Assembly: GCA_965205425.1 (NCBI GenBank)
Contig: CBDBGZ010000008.1
Coordinates: 64,001-128,000, forward strand
Source: Nitrosopumilus sp.
Lineage (GTDB): Archaea > Thermoproteota > Nitrososphaeria > Nitrososphaerales > Nitrosopumilaceae
Direction: 5' to 3'
DNA length: 64,000 bases
Position numbers and translations under genes: made by a program. The first letter of the stretch is position 1, and each line of letters opens with the position of its first letter. Below, piece by piece: positions 21,844-31,536 of the stretch. The notes beneath the pieces were generated by a model that worked only from the letters and a program-made list of their open reading frames with translations, did no database searches and was not told where the DNA came from.

Positions 21844-21981
21844 ATGCCAACGGTTACACGCAAGGTTTGGAAATGTTGTAGATGTGATCATGAATGGTTG
21901 TCTAGAGATGGAGAAAAACCATTACGTTGTGCAAAGTGCAAAAGTGTCTACTGGGATCGTAACCCAAAAAAATCAAAGTGA
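21844..21981 (+). CDS. Small Zn-ribbon protein (45 aa)
   Basis: MPTVTRKVWKCCRCDHEWLSRDGEKPLRCAKCKSVYWDR; below ORF-track cutoff. Confidence 0.75.
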   Translation: MPTVTRKVWKCCRCDHEWLSRDGEKPLRCAKCKSVYWDRNPKKSK

Positions 21982-21987
21982 TGATTC

Positions 21988-22140
21988 ATGGCAGTTAACG
22001 GAAAAATCGATTATAAAAAATGGAGTAAACCAGAACTTGTTAAAGAAATTCAAAAACTGAACAAGAGAAAAAAATATGGTCTAATTTGGGATGAGGAAAG
22101 GGTTCTGGTGCATTCTAGTGATCTGACACATAAATCATGA
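21988..22140 (+). pseudogene. N-terminal remnant of a type III-like (Mod) DNA methyltransferase
   Basis: WSKPELVKEIQKLNKRKKYGLIWDEE resembles the KKYGLVWE start of Mod-type MTases; truncated after ~40 codons. Confidence 0.55.
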
Positions 22141-22260
22141 AATATGGATCTTCTCTGAATTGGATTTCCTCAAATTGTCTGATTTCTACTTGAATAATTT
22201 GTAATAATCAGACTCAAAAAACTCTGCTGGTGGATTTTGATGATCTGATCACCATTTTGC

Positions 22261-24271
22261 ACCAGAACCTTTGATGGCGAGCTTTATGGATATGATCAAA
22301 ATATACATATCAGACAACCAGCTACTATACAATACAGTTTTTTGTTCAGTCCAGATCATTATGAAATGAACGAAGATGATCTTGTTGATAGAGATAGTCT
22401 TAATGATATAATCTCAATTCCCTCTAAAGGCGCAAGTGGTACTAGTGGTGATACCATTGAGGATACCATTGATTATAGAGAATGGCTCCCAACATGGGTT
22501 GCACCAGGATACTATCTAAAATGGGTAGACATTAGGCAACCCAAGGATCAATATTCTCTTGGTCATGAAGGTGAGGGAAGAATACAATTTACCTTTATTC
22601 CAAAGGGTACGGACCTACCTGATGGTATAACCCACAAGGAATTCACAGATACCAGTTATTATCTAGTCACAGCGAAGATATATGAGGATACGCCAAAGCC
22701 GGAGTATATGTATACAGCCAGTGAGAAAGCTGAAGTAACTGACAACGGCACAACCACTGATCTTATTTTTGAAGACAGGTGGGATGGATACATAGAGCAT
22801 TCACATGCAAACAGATCTGATCCTGCAAAACATAGTGTAAAGTATATTACTCCTTATCTCATTATTGCTTCTGGTGGAACTGCATTAACCATCAGTAGAT
22901 GGGAAAGTACATCAAATTACACATTCTAGAAAATAATTATTTTTGTTATTTCTAAAGTAATGAATAATTATCTTTACAAAGAAATATTTGAGAATTTCAA
23001 TTGATATTATTGGTTTGTGATTTTGTACATTAGTTTCTTCTGAGATAATCAAATTAGCAATTATCCATGCATTGTACAAAATCAATGAATAGTAAAAATA
23101 CAACAATCTTATGGATTGGTTTGAACTGGTGGTTTTTGGTCTGAACCTTCCCACACATGCATATCCTGTTTCAATTCCCCAACGTTTCTTGTAATCAGTT
23201 GGAATGTTTTGTATGTTATATGATATTTCTTTTGGTGAAACGTTTGTTGCAAACACAACATACTGATCAATAATATTTGATTTTTTTCTTGCATTTTTGT
23301 TTGGTAGAATAACTAGATTAAATGATTCTACATGTCCTGATGATGATTTTATTGTGTATGGCGAGATTGACTTTCTATCTCCATTAACGTATTGTAAAAT
23401 GGCATCTTTGATTCGAGAATTCTTTTTTGCAGGCATTAGAAATTTTAAATTCTTTTGTTTTATTTCTGAAATTGTTCCAGCTGTGAAAAACTCCCTATCC
23501 ACTAGCAATAGTTTAATCTTGATTCCATTATTGATGCCATCAGAGAGTAATTTACGCACAAAACCGGCATTTGATATGTTGTCATACAAAGGATAACAAC
23601 CTAGTTGAGCCCTGATTCTTTTTTCAACGCACTGCATGGTGCAGTAACTCTCAAAATGAGTAGTACTGTTTTTTGATTTTGATTTTATTAAAGAATGGTT
23701 TGGCAATTTGTCATATCTTGGGATTAGATGTTTGTCAATTGCCACAGTAACTGGTTGCTCCAATACTCCCAATTCTTGTAATTTTGATACTGTACTATCC
23801 AGTGAACGATGTAATTGAATTTGCATTGTTTTTTGTGATATTTTTGATATGATTTTTCTCAACCATGAACCAGTTGGAGAATGATTCTGGGATTCCATTG
23901 CCAGTCTCTTTAATCCAGATTCAGAATATGAATTTCCCAAACACAATGACATGATAGAATTATGTGCGTCTGCATTGTGGAACCGTGAGTTATTTTTACT
24001 AGAGCATGGAAACAACAAGATATTGTACATTATTTTAGTGATAATCTCAAATGCTTTAGATAGTATCACGCCTTGGTGTGTCATGGTATCAAATGAAGTA
24101 CAATGCATATTTGATGGAGTGACATACTTTCATCAAGCTTTTTCTATCTGAATAGATTGATTGAATAATTGATAGTTTTTGATCTAAATTGAGTTACTTT
24201 CCCATCTACTGACCATGCAAGAACATGAAAATATTGTTATAGAGTTATTTGAAAGATATGACAGCAGATGA
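22261..24271 (+). pseudogene. Hypothetical gene interrupted by ISH3, translationally coupled to 24268
   Basis: Removing the IS and one accat copy restores ...GGTALTMQEHENIVIELFERYDSR*, whose stop overlaps ATG 24268 (ATGA); 5' end also appears missing. Confidence 0.7.
22893..24211 (-). mobile_element. ISH3-family element with intact transposase 22912..24108
   Basis: TIRs cagtagatgggaaagta; 5-bp TSD accat (22888-22892, 24212-24216); 398-aa ORF. Confidence 0.93.
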
Positions 24272-26919
24272 AAGTAATTGTTTTACTAGTTGTTGTATTT
24301 CTCGGAATACTTGTTGCTGAAGCAGAAGCTGTGTGCAGTGATGGAAATTGTAGAGCAGTACAGCGTCATGCTACTCTTAATGCAGACTATACTGGTTCAC
24401 AATATGATATCAAAATACCTGATCTCTTCATTGATGATACAAACTGTGAAAACAAGGGCGCTCTTGCTGCCACCTGGATGATTATAGAGCCTACTGAAGA
24501 TGGAACTCCACAATGGATGGAAACTGGTGTAACTGTTGGTTGGATTTTAAACAATGACCATGGCAGAAGTGATGCTGAATGTATAACTAGAGAATCTGCA
24601 TACTATGCTTTTGCCTCTAAGAATAATGCCGGGGAGAGAATATACGTAGAACAAAATGCAGACCCACACGGTGATAGGATAGGTATAGAAAAACATTTCA
24701 GAATAGAGAAATTAAATAATCATTTTATTGCTTATTATGGAGATTCAAATACACAGGTTTCGACAAGAGATTTTAATTTTAGGGATTCAAACACGGGAAT
24801 CTCTGTCGACTATGGAGTTGAAGGTAGTATCTCGCCAATACTTGAATACTCTACAATCCCCAATGTGATATTCACTGGTGCGCAGTATGAAACTGAGAAT
24901 GTCTGGCACGACATAAGCTCATCTACTGTAACCTCAATTAATGATGAAAGCGACGGATACAAGTCCCAGTTTTGCTCTAATGGTTCTCTGGCAGCAGGAG
25001 CTGTAACTGAACTGTCTTGCAGATCAGAAATTATTCCAAACACTCCGCCACGTCATACTGCTACAAATCTATTTACATCTACTGGAACTCCTATACTAAT
25101 CCCGCTCACTGCAACTGACACAGATAATGATTATCTAAAATATACTCTAACTGGTCATCCCACAAATAGTGACGGTGCTGGCACATTGAATTTTGTAAGT
25201 CGCGGACAACCAATCCCAAATACTGATGAAACAAGTACAGAGCTTCTCTTTACACCTGTAAGGGTAGGAAGCAGTTCTTTTAATTATACAGTTACTGATG
25301 GAAGAACAGGCCATGATGTTACAAATATCATAACAGTTGACATAACAAGCCTTGATGATATATCCACACCTGATATTTTTTATGAAGCATTTGAAAGTGG
25401 TCTTGGTAATTGGATAGTGGCAAATGATGATGATGGTGACACTCACGATTATGATTTTTGGAGGACAGATACTGACGGTGAGCCCACACCAATTGATGGA
25501 GATTATGCATACATCCAGGATTGCGATACAGGCTGTACCATAACAATGAGAAATTCAGTTAATATCTCAGATACATCATCACCAAAACTAGAAGCTGATA
25601 TCTGGATTGATGGAATTAGAGACCGTGATGAAGACTTTTACAATCTGGAGATATTTTATAACAATAATTGGATAACCCTTGATTCTTACACCCGGGATAA
25701 TATTTCAAGAGGTGTATGGCATGACTATTCCAAAGATTTGTCACCTTACAAAAGTAATGATTTTAAATTTAGATTAAATGTTCAAGGTGAAGGAAATACT
25801 GATTATCACGGTATAGATAATATCAGAATATATGATTTTGTACAGACATCACCTGCAATAGTTACTGACTTGTTATCAACACCTACCGTATCATCAAATA
25901 CATTGACTTGGAGCACTCCAAATGACGGCAATTCAGACATTACAGGCTATAGAATCCAAAGAGCAGTCGACACCCCAACTAGATTTACCATTCTAGAGAG
26001 TAGCTACGGCTCTGCATCAACTGTATCATATGTTGATACTAGTGTGACTTCGGGTTCTACATACTATTATAAAATCAGTGCAAGAAATGATCAAGGAATA
26101 GCTACTGAAAGTCAATTTGCATCTGCAACTATTCCCCATCCTCCAACTGCTCCTGTAATATCTTCAATATCTGATATCACACTATCGGAGACAGATACTG
26201 CAATAGTTACAGTTACTGTATCTGATATCAACAGAGATGTTAGCAGCATTACATTTACCGGACTTGCAAGCTTTGTTACAATAGAGAGTACAACTCAAAA
26301 CACATCCACATTATTGATATCTCCAAACCTTGAGAGCTCCGGAGTTTATGACATAGTTGCAACTGCAACTGATTCTGGAGGCAGATCAGATACAGAACAA
26401 TTTAGATTGACCATTACTGATTATGTTATGCCTGTTGTATTGCCTCCCGTATTCACAAGCATGCAAAATGACATTACAGAAATAATTGATTCGGGAAATT
26501 CCACAATAGTATCATTTGATACACCAACTGCAGACAAGGGGACAGTTATCTGCAATCCATCTTCTGGCAGCTTGTTTGGTATTGGTACAACTGTAGTTAC
26601 ATGTACGGCCACATCTAACAGTACATCATCTTCCATCAGCTTTAATGTAATGGTACAGTCATCATCAGATGTTGAAGATCCAGTCCTTGTCATACCAACT
26701 GATAAAATATTTGAAGCCATTGCAAGATCAACTATTCTGACTGATTTACAGATTGGAACATCTACTGCAACTGACAATCGAGATTCATCGCCAATCATTA
26801 CAAATGATTCACCAGCATCATTCCCACTTGGCATTACAACTATAACTTGGACTGCAACTGATGCTGCAGGTAACACTGCAACTGACACTCAAATAATTAC
26901 TATCAGGAACTCGTCCTAA
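24268..26919 (+). CDS. Large secreted multidomain protein (neprosin-like N-domain, Ig/cadherin-like, MAM-like, FN3, cadherin-like, 2x HYR)
   Basis: Signal peptide; WMETGVTVGW; LTATDTDND..YTVTDGR; FYEAFESG; FN3 LTWSTP..YYYKISARN; HYR FPLGITTITWTATDAAGN. Confidence 0.75.
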   Translation: MKVIVLLVVVFLGILVAEAEAVCSDGNCRAVQRHATLNADYTGSQYDIKIPDLFIDDTNCENKGALAATWMIIEPTEDGTPQWMETGVTVGWILNNDHGRSDAECITRESAYYAFASKNNAGERIYVEQNADPHGDRIGIEKHFRIEKLNNHFIAYYGDSNTQVSTRDFNFRDSNTGISVDYGVEGSISPILEYSTIPNVIFTGAQYETENVWHDISSSTVTSINDESDGYKSQFCSNGSLAAGAVTELSCRSEIIPNTPPRHTATNLFTSTGTPILIPLTATDTDNDYLKYTLTGHPTNSDGAGTLNFVSRGQPIPNTDETSTELLFTPVRVGSSSFNYTVTDGRTGHDVTNIITVDITSLDDISTPDIFYEAFESGLGNWIVANDDDGDTHDYDFWRTDTDGEPTPIDGDYAYIQDCDTGCTITMRNSVNISDTSSPKLEADIWIDGIRDRDEDFYNLEIFYNNNWITLDSYTRDNISRGVWHDYSKDLSPYKSNDFKFRLNVQGEGNTDYHGIDNIRIYDFVQTSPAIVTDLLSTPTVSSNTLTWSTPNDGNSDITGYRIQRAVDTPTRFTILESSYGSASTVSYVDTSVTSGSTYYYKISARNDQGIATESQFASATIPHPPTAPVISSISDITLSETDTAIVTVTVSDINRDVSSITFTGLASFVTIESTTQNTSTLLISPNLESSGVYDIVATATDSGGRSDTEQFRLTITDYVMPVVLPPVFTSMQNDITEIIDSGNSTIVSFDTPTADKGTVICNPSSGSLFGIGTTVVTCTATSNSTSSSISFNVMVQSSSDVEDPVLVIPTDKIFEAIARSTILTDLQIGTSTATDNRDSSPIITNDSPASFPLGITTITWTATDAAGNTATDTQIITIRNSS

Positions 26920-26938
26920 AACAGATCATTTTGTAAAT

Positions 26939-26956
26939 AATTATGCCCAAGTCTCA
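26939..26956 (+). repeat. 18-bp motif aattatgcccaagtctca (also 28900-28917 and 30571-30588 on minus strand)
   Basis: 18/18 and 15/18 matches, all intergenic. Confidence 0.75.
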
Positions 26957-26978
26957 AGTATTTCCACATGGATTGTAG

Positions 26979-26997
26979 TGCGGGAGGTGGGATTTGA
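26979..26997 (-). other. tRNA 3'-end fragment (att-site remnant, Leu-like)
   Basis: Reverse complement TCAAATCCCACCTCCCGCA = T-loop, T-stem, acceptor strand and A73, with no 5' half. Confidence 0.65.
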
Positions 26998-27377
26998 GAT
27001 TTACATGTTGGGCTTGAATCTCAGAAAGACGTAGATTTTGCCACATGACTAGAAAATTTAGCTTTAATTGAGGATATCATGATCCATTTGCTAAATTCAA
27101 CAGTATTGATACTGCAATTGTTTGGTTTTGAGCACAAAGTTCCTACTTTGCCATATTTGTCGTAGAATTCTTGTTTATTTTTAAAATCTATGTTATACTT
27201 GCATGAAAACAACCATGTTAAACAAGCTTGTTAGCATACTAGTAAAACACACATGTTATACATGGTTTGAATAAAAAATAGCATAACAAAAACGACTCTT
27301 ACTACCCTGGCTTTACAGCAAGTCTCTAATTTAACACCATGTTGAAAAGATCCTGAGATTCAACAGTGTAGGTGAAT

Positions 27378-28076
27378 CTATTGCCCGGTCTCAGATAATA
27401 ACATGTCTCTTGTTTCAATCATTTTTAAAGTCATTTCTTCGTTACCCTTACTTATTGATTCATTTACTGCATCCAAGTATAGTTTAGCAGGGTTGTCATA
27501 ATGCACTTTATCTATGTATGATTGAATATATTGTGTTCCATCTAATTCAGCTGTAATATCATACCGTGATGAAAATCCATTTATAATGTATTTGTCGTCA
27601 TGATCTGAATTTTTTTCGATCAAGTAAAAATGCTTATCACCAATATTGTAGGTTTGAACATCCTCACGATAAAACATTGTTTTTACACCATCACTTTCAC
27701 CAATCTTACCACTTGCCCAATCATACACAATTAATTTTTCACTAAAATTTCCTGTGGTATCTTTAAAATAATGATCAACGACCAACATGATTTTTTGATA
27801 TGGTCGTTTTTCCGTATGTGCGATATACTCATTACCATTCTCATCTATATCTATACCAGTATTTGATTCAAGTAATTCTATACCTACATCTTCAACTGTA
27901 GCTACTGCTATGATCTCCACACCGGAGATTTTCCAATCAAAAGACATATTCGAATTATACTGTGAAACACCATATGAAGTATTTACATATGAATTTTCAT
28001 TTATGTATATTGCAGATGATGTACTAATTACCATCACACCAATTAAGATAGATAATAGAGTTTTTTTATTCGTCAT
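27378..28076 (-). CDS. Exported hypothetical protein, partner of metalloprotease
   Basis: N-terminal signal/anchor; ATGA overlap with upstream stop. Confidence 0.7.
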   Translation of the reverse strand: MTNKKTLLSILIGVMVISTSSAIYINENSYVNTSYGVSQYNSNMSFDWKISGVEIIAVATVEDVGIELLESNTGIDIDENGNEYIAHTEKRPYQKIMLVVDHYFKDTTGNFSEKLIVYDWASGKIGESDGVKTMFYREDVQTYNIGDKHFYLIEKNSDHDDKYIINGFSSRYDITAELDGTQYIQSYIDKVHYDNPAKLYLDAVNESISKGNEEMTLKMIETRDMLLSETGQ

Positions 28077-28798
28077 GGATATTTAGAACCTATTTTATTT
28101 TTGTCTGCTGTTGATAAATCGTATCCAAAGTTGGATCCGCATTGATATCCGTTGAATCTTAGATCTGTTGAAACACTATTATGATCAATACCAATCACAT
28201 GTAGTAATTCGTGTCCTAGGGTCTTTTCAATGTCTCTTTGTGTAGGTTGATTGTCTATATTGCATATTTCTGTTATATCCCAATTCATGGAATTATGTGA
28301 ATTTACATTTAATATCATTTTCTTAAAATGATTATCTTTTGTTATACAATGCCATAAAAATTGATTGATGCAATGGAGTTCATAATCTGTAAATCCAATA
28401 TTCCCAAGACTCCCGTAATTTGTTGATGTAATATAGTTATCAGATGCTGCTACTTTATCAAAACTAATTTTTTTGTTAATGTTGTCAAATCGTGTTTCTA
28501 TTGTGCTTATTTCTGATGATACATTTGCTTTTGTAACACCTGAGTTAGAAATATTATTTAGAATTTTGATTTCTACGGCACACTTATCACTGTTCGTTCC
28601 TGTCCCACAATTAAGATAATCTGTATGTCCATCTGTTAAAGTTCTAGACCACGTATGTCGTTCGAATTCTAAAAATTGATTAGAACCTTCATGTTTTGCA
28701 TATGCAGTATCTGCTGATGAAATAATGACGAGTGTAACACCCAATGTCATCAATATCAGTGAAAAGATACTGTTTTTTTCCAGCATTTTAGGAATCAT
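28073..28798 (-). CDS. Secreted metzincin (matrixin-like) zinc metalloprotease
   Basis: Signal peptide ending TAYA; HELLHVIGIDH = HExxHxxGxxH. Confidence 0.8.
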   Translation of the reverse strand: MIPKMLEKNSIFSLILMTLGVTLVIISSADTAYAKHEGSNQFLEFERHTWSRTLTDGHTDYLNCGTGTNSDKCAVEIKILNNISNSGVTKANVSSEISTIETRFDNINKKISFDKVAASDNYITSTNYGSLGNIGFTDYELHCINQFLWHCITKDNHFKKMILNVNSHNSMNWDITEICNIDNQPTQRDIEKTLGHELLHVIGIDHNSVSTDLRFNGYQCGSNFGYDLSTADKNKIGSKYP

Positions 28799-29288
28799 TA
28801 TTTCAAGAATGAATTTAAATGTTAGGTGATTGTAAACCTATTACCACCAACTATTTTTGAGTAATTATTGGAAAAAACAATCAACATAATTGAGTTATCT
28901 GAGACTTGGGCATAATTAATTCTAATTTTTGAGTCAATTCTCAAATTATTCAAATCAAAAAAGCTAAGGATCTTATCATGTTTTGTTCATTGGAATGTCA
29001 AAACAAATGAAAATCCCTGGCAACATAAGATGCCAGTCATTCCTTATTGGTGTTTTGTATCTGTACTGTCTAACAAATATTCATGACCCAAAATCTTCCA
29101 AATTATGCTAATTCCTGAAATTTAAACTTGAATCTACAATGTACGTAAATCGAGTTCAGAATAGGGTGACGAATTTTTGTTATTGAGTATAACTGACCAT
29201 TCCATCACCAGAATTGACAATTAGTTGGAAATCTGCCTAGTTCTGACCAAAGTAAATTTCTTTATCTGTGCAATAATATATTCTACTT

Positions 29289-29600
29289 TTATTCTAATTT
29301 TTTTCTGCGATTCTCTAAAAATCTATTAATATAATGTGCAATTGGAATCCAGAATACAAGATTAGTGATTGGTATCAAAACATAAGCAAGTTCATCATAA
29401 TATTGAAAATTAAAATCTCTATGGGTTTTGCTATGCTCCAATACCATTTCATATGGAAAAATAGCAAGGGTGTTTGGGATTATATTAAGATAAAATGTAT
29501 ACTGATTCTGTAAATCAAGAACAGCTGGAATGATGACTGAGAAAATTCCAAAAAGCGGTAAACTAACAAACAGTATAATTTTTAATTTTTTCATAATCAA
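29289..29600 (-). CDS. Small two-TM membrane protein (putative partner/immunity protein)
   Basis: Two hydrophobic segments, basic tail; 13 nt after the upstream stop. Confidence 0.65.
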   Translation of the reverse strand: MIMKKLKIILFVSLPLFGIFSVIIPAVLDLQNQYTFYLNIIPNTLAIFPYEMVLEHSKTHRDFNFQYYDELAYVLIPITNLVFWIPIAHYINRFLENRRKKLE

Positions 29601-29613
29601 AAAAGAAAAAAGA

Positions 29614-30546
29614 TTAAGGTACTGAGATCTTGGATAGGGATCTGTTTGTGTCAGATGTATCCATCATATGGTTCCAAGTGTTGCTGACATAGATTGTTTG
29701 ACCTGGAACATACGACTTTGTTATTGTGGAATGACATCCACGTTGTAGCCCATCCAGACAATCATAACTATTTAAAGAACTCCACGTATCACCAAATATT
29801 ATTTGGTTGTTGTTCTTAATTACAAATGACTCGATATCAAATGTTCTGTTGAACATGAAGAATCGTACACTATCGTAAAATGAATCCAAATAAGGATGAT
29901 CCTCATCTAGAAAAGACAAAGTATACGTTCTTTCACAGGTTCCAGGACTGTCTTGGTATAATACAAGATACAAGTCATTATCGCCATTGTATGCATTGCC
30001 GTTGTGTATGCCGCCATCAATGTCTAGACGTAGTTGTTTGTATGTTGGATTTGTAGTACTTGAACATGCGGCACTTGCACTAGGAATACCAAACCAATCT
30101 AGAAAACTAACATCTATCCTATCTGCATAATCTGACTCTTGTAATGCTTTTAGTTTCTCGTCTTTTATTGTTTCATCAAAGATATAATTTTTTACAGCTG
30201 CAATCTCTACATCAGTCAGGTTTCTAGTTTCTGAATCCACACGGGCTTGTTCAATTACAGTACTAAAGAACTCGTCATATTCTGCCTTGATTTCATTAGA
30301 TTTTACTTGAAAATCTTTTGTATCTGCATCATCTATTAATTCTCGAATATCATCTTTGAACTCTTGTTTTGTTAGTTCATCAACAACTCCAACTGGTCCT
30401 ACCTCATCTGTAGAATCCTCACCTGGTCCATTCTGAGCATCTGCAAAATCAATCATACTAAACGGTAGAATCATTGCAGTAATTATTCCTGCAAACAAAA
30501 TTGTCTGTACTTTTTTATCATTTTTCATGTTATTGTCACATCGCAA
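29614..30546 (-). CDS. Secreted protein with QTILFAG leader, acidic helical region and Cys-containing C-terminal domain
   Basis: Shared leader ending GPVGVVDELT. Confidence 0.75.
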   Translation of the reverse strand: MRCDNNMKNDKKVQTILFAGIITAMILPFSMIDFADAQNGPGEDSTDEVGPVGVVDELTKQEFKDDIRELIDDADTKDFQVKSNEIKAEYDEFFSTVIEQARVDSETRNLTDVEIAAVKNYIFDETIKDEKLKALQESDYADRIDVSFLDWFGIPSASAACSSTTNPTYKQLRLDIDGGIHNGNAYNGDNDLYLVLYQDSPGTCERTYTLSFLDEDHPYLDSFYDSVRFFMFNRTFDIESFVIKNNNQIIFGDTWSSLNSYDCLDGLQRGCHSTITKSYVPGQTIYVSNTWNHMMDTSDTNRSLSKISVP

Positions 30547-30762
30547 AAATTATTCCAATATAAAGATAACTTAGACATGGGCATAATCAATTACAAAAAA
30601 CAAAACCAAAAAATAATTATTATCAAATTGATTTTGTTTTAATCAACATAATCTAATGTATATTCAATATGACTTTACAATTCCATGATATTATTCCATC
30701 ATAGAAAGTGGGATAAAGTAATATGGATTATATGTTAGGATTTTACCGTATTAAATAATAAC

Positions 30763-31536
30763 ATGAAAAATTTAACAAAAAAGACACAAACAATTTTGTT
30801 TGCAGGAATAATTACTGCAATGATTCCTGCCCTTTAGTACGATGAATGTCGTAGATGCTCAGAATGGACCAGGTGAGGATTCTACAGATGAGATTGGACC
30901 AGTAGGAGTTGTTGATGAATTAACAGTACTAGATTCTGTATTAGATGACTATTTAGAGGAATTAGAAGTTGAACAAGATGTAGAATATACAGAATATTTG
31001 GATACTGCAATTACTAGATTAGAAATTGCAAAAGCAATGATGCAGGTTTCAAAAAATTCTACTGATATTGCAATGAAATATCAAAACCACACTGTTCTAG
31101 AACTGCTTGTCCTTCTTGATCAAACATATGGACCTGAGGATTATCCTGCAACTAACAGTGATAACAATTCAACACATACAAACATAGACATGCTAACTGA
31201 AAATAATCATGTATCTGGACTTTATTTTGTTAGTCATAGTACGCCAGAAGTTGATGTGTTGAATTACAACAACCATCACCAAAAACAATATGATTGTATG
31301 GACAGAATAACCCTTACAGGTAAATCTTTATCTGTCTTAACATCATACTCAGACAACACTGCAACGATTACTGGTACATTTGATTATCCAGAAGATATGG
31401 ATAAAAATATCAGAGAACGAAGAAGTAATGAATGCTTGAGTTTTGAACACGATGAAACAGTAAAACGACATGATGTTATGATATCCCTTGATCCTAGAGA
31501 AATAATACGAGCTCAAGTGTGTACTTTGACGGAATC
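30763..31536 (+). pseudogene. N-terminal part of a secreted leader-family protein, frameshifted near 30825 and cut by ISH3
   Basis: MKNLTKKTQTILFAGIITAMI, then +1 nt relative to the 29614 leader, then ORF 30842. Confidence 0.7.

Larger units (their letters stand above)
19985..27370. mobile_element. Putative 7.4-kb IS6-like cargo transposon
   Basis: 51-bp inverted repeats 19985-20035 / 27320-27370 (47/51 identical) enclosing an IS6-type transposase; no TSD. Confidence 0.65.

Noticed and set aside
30370..30925. Diversity-generating retroelement TR/VR pair
   Set aside because: Repeats are at gene 5' ends, differences are not adenine-specific, and no reverse transcriptase is present
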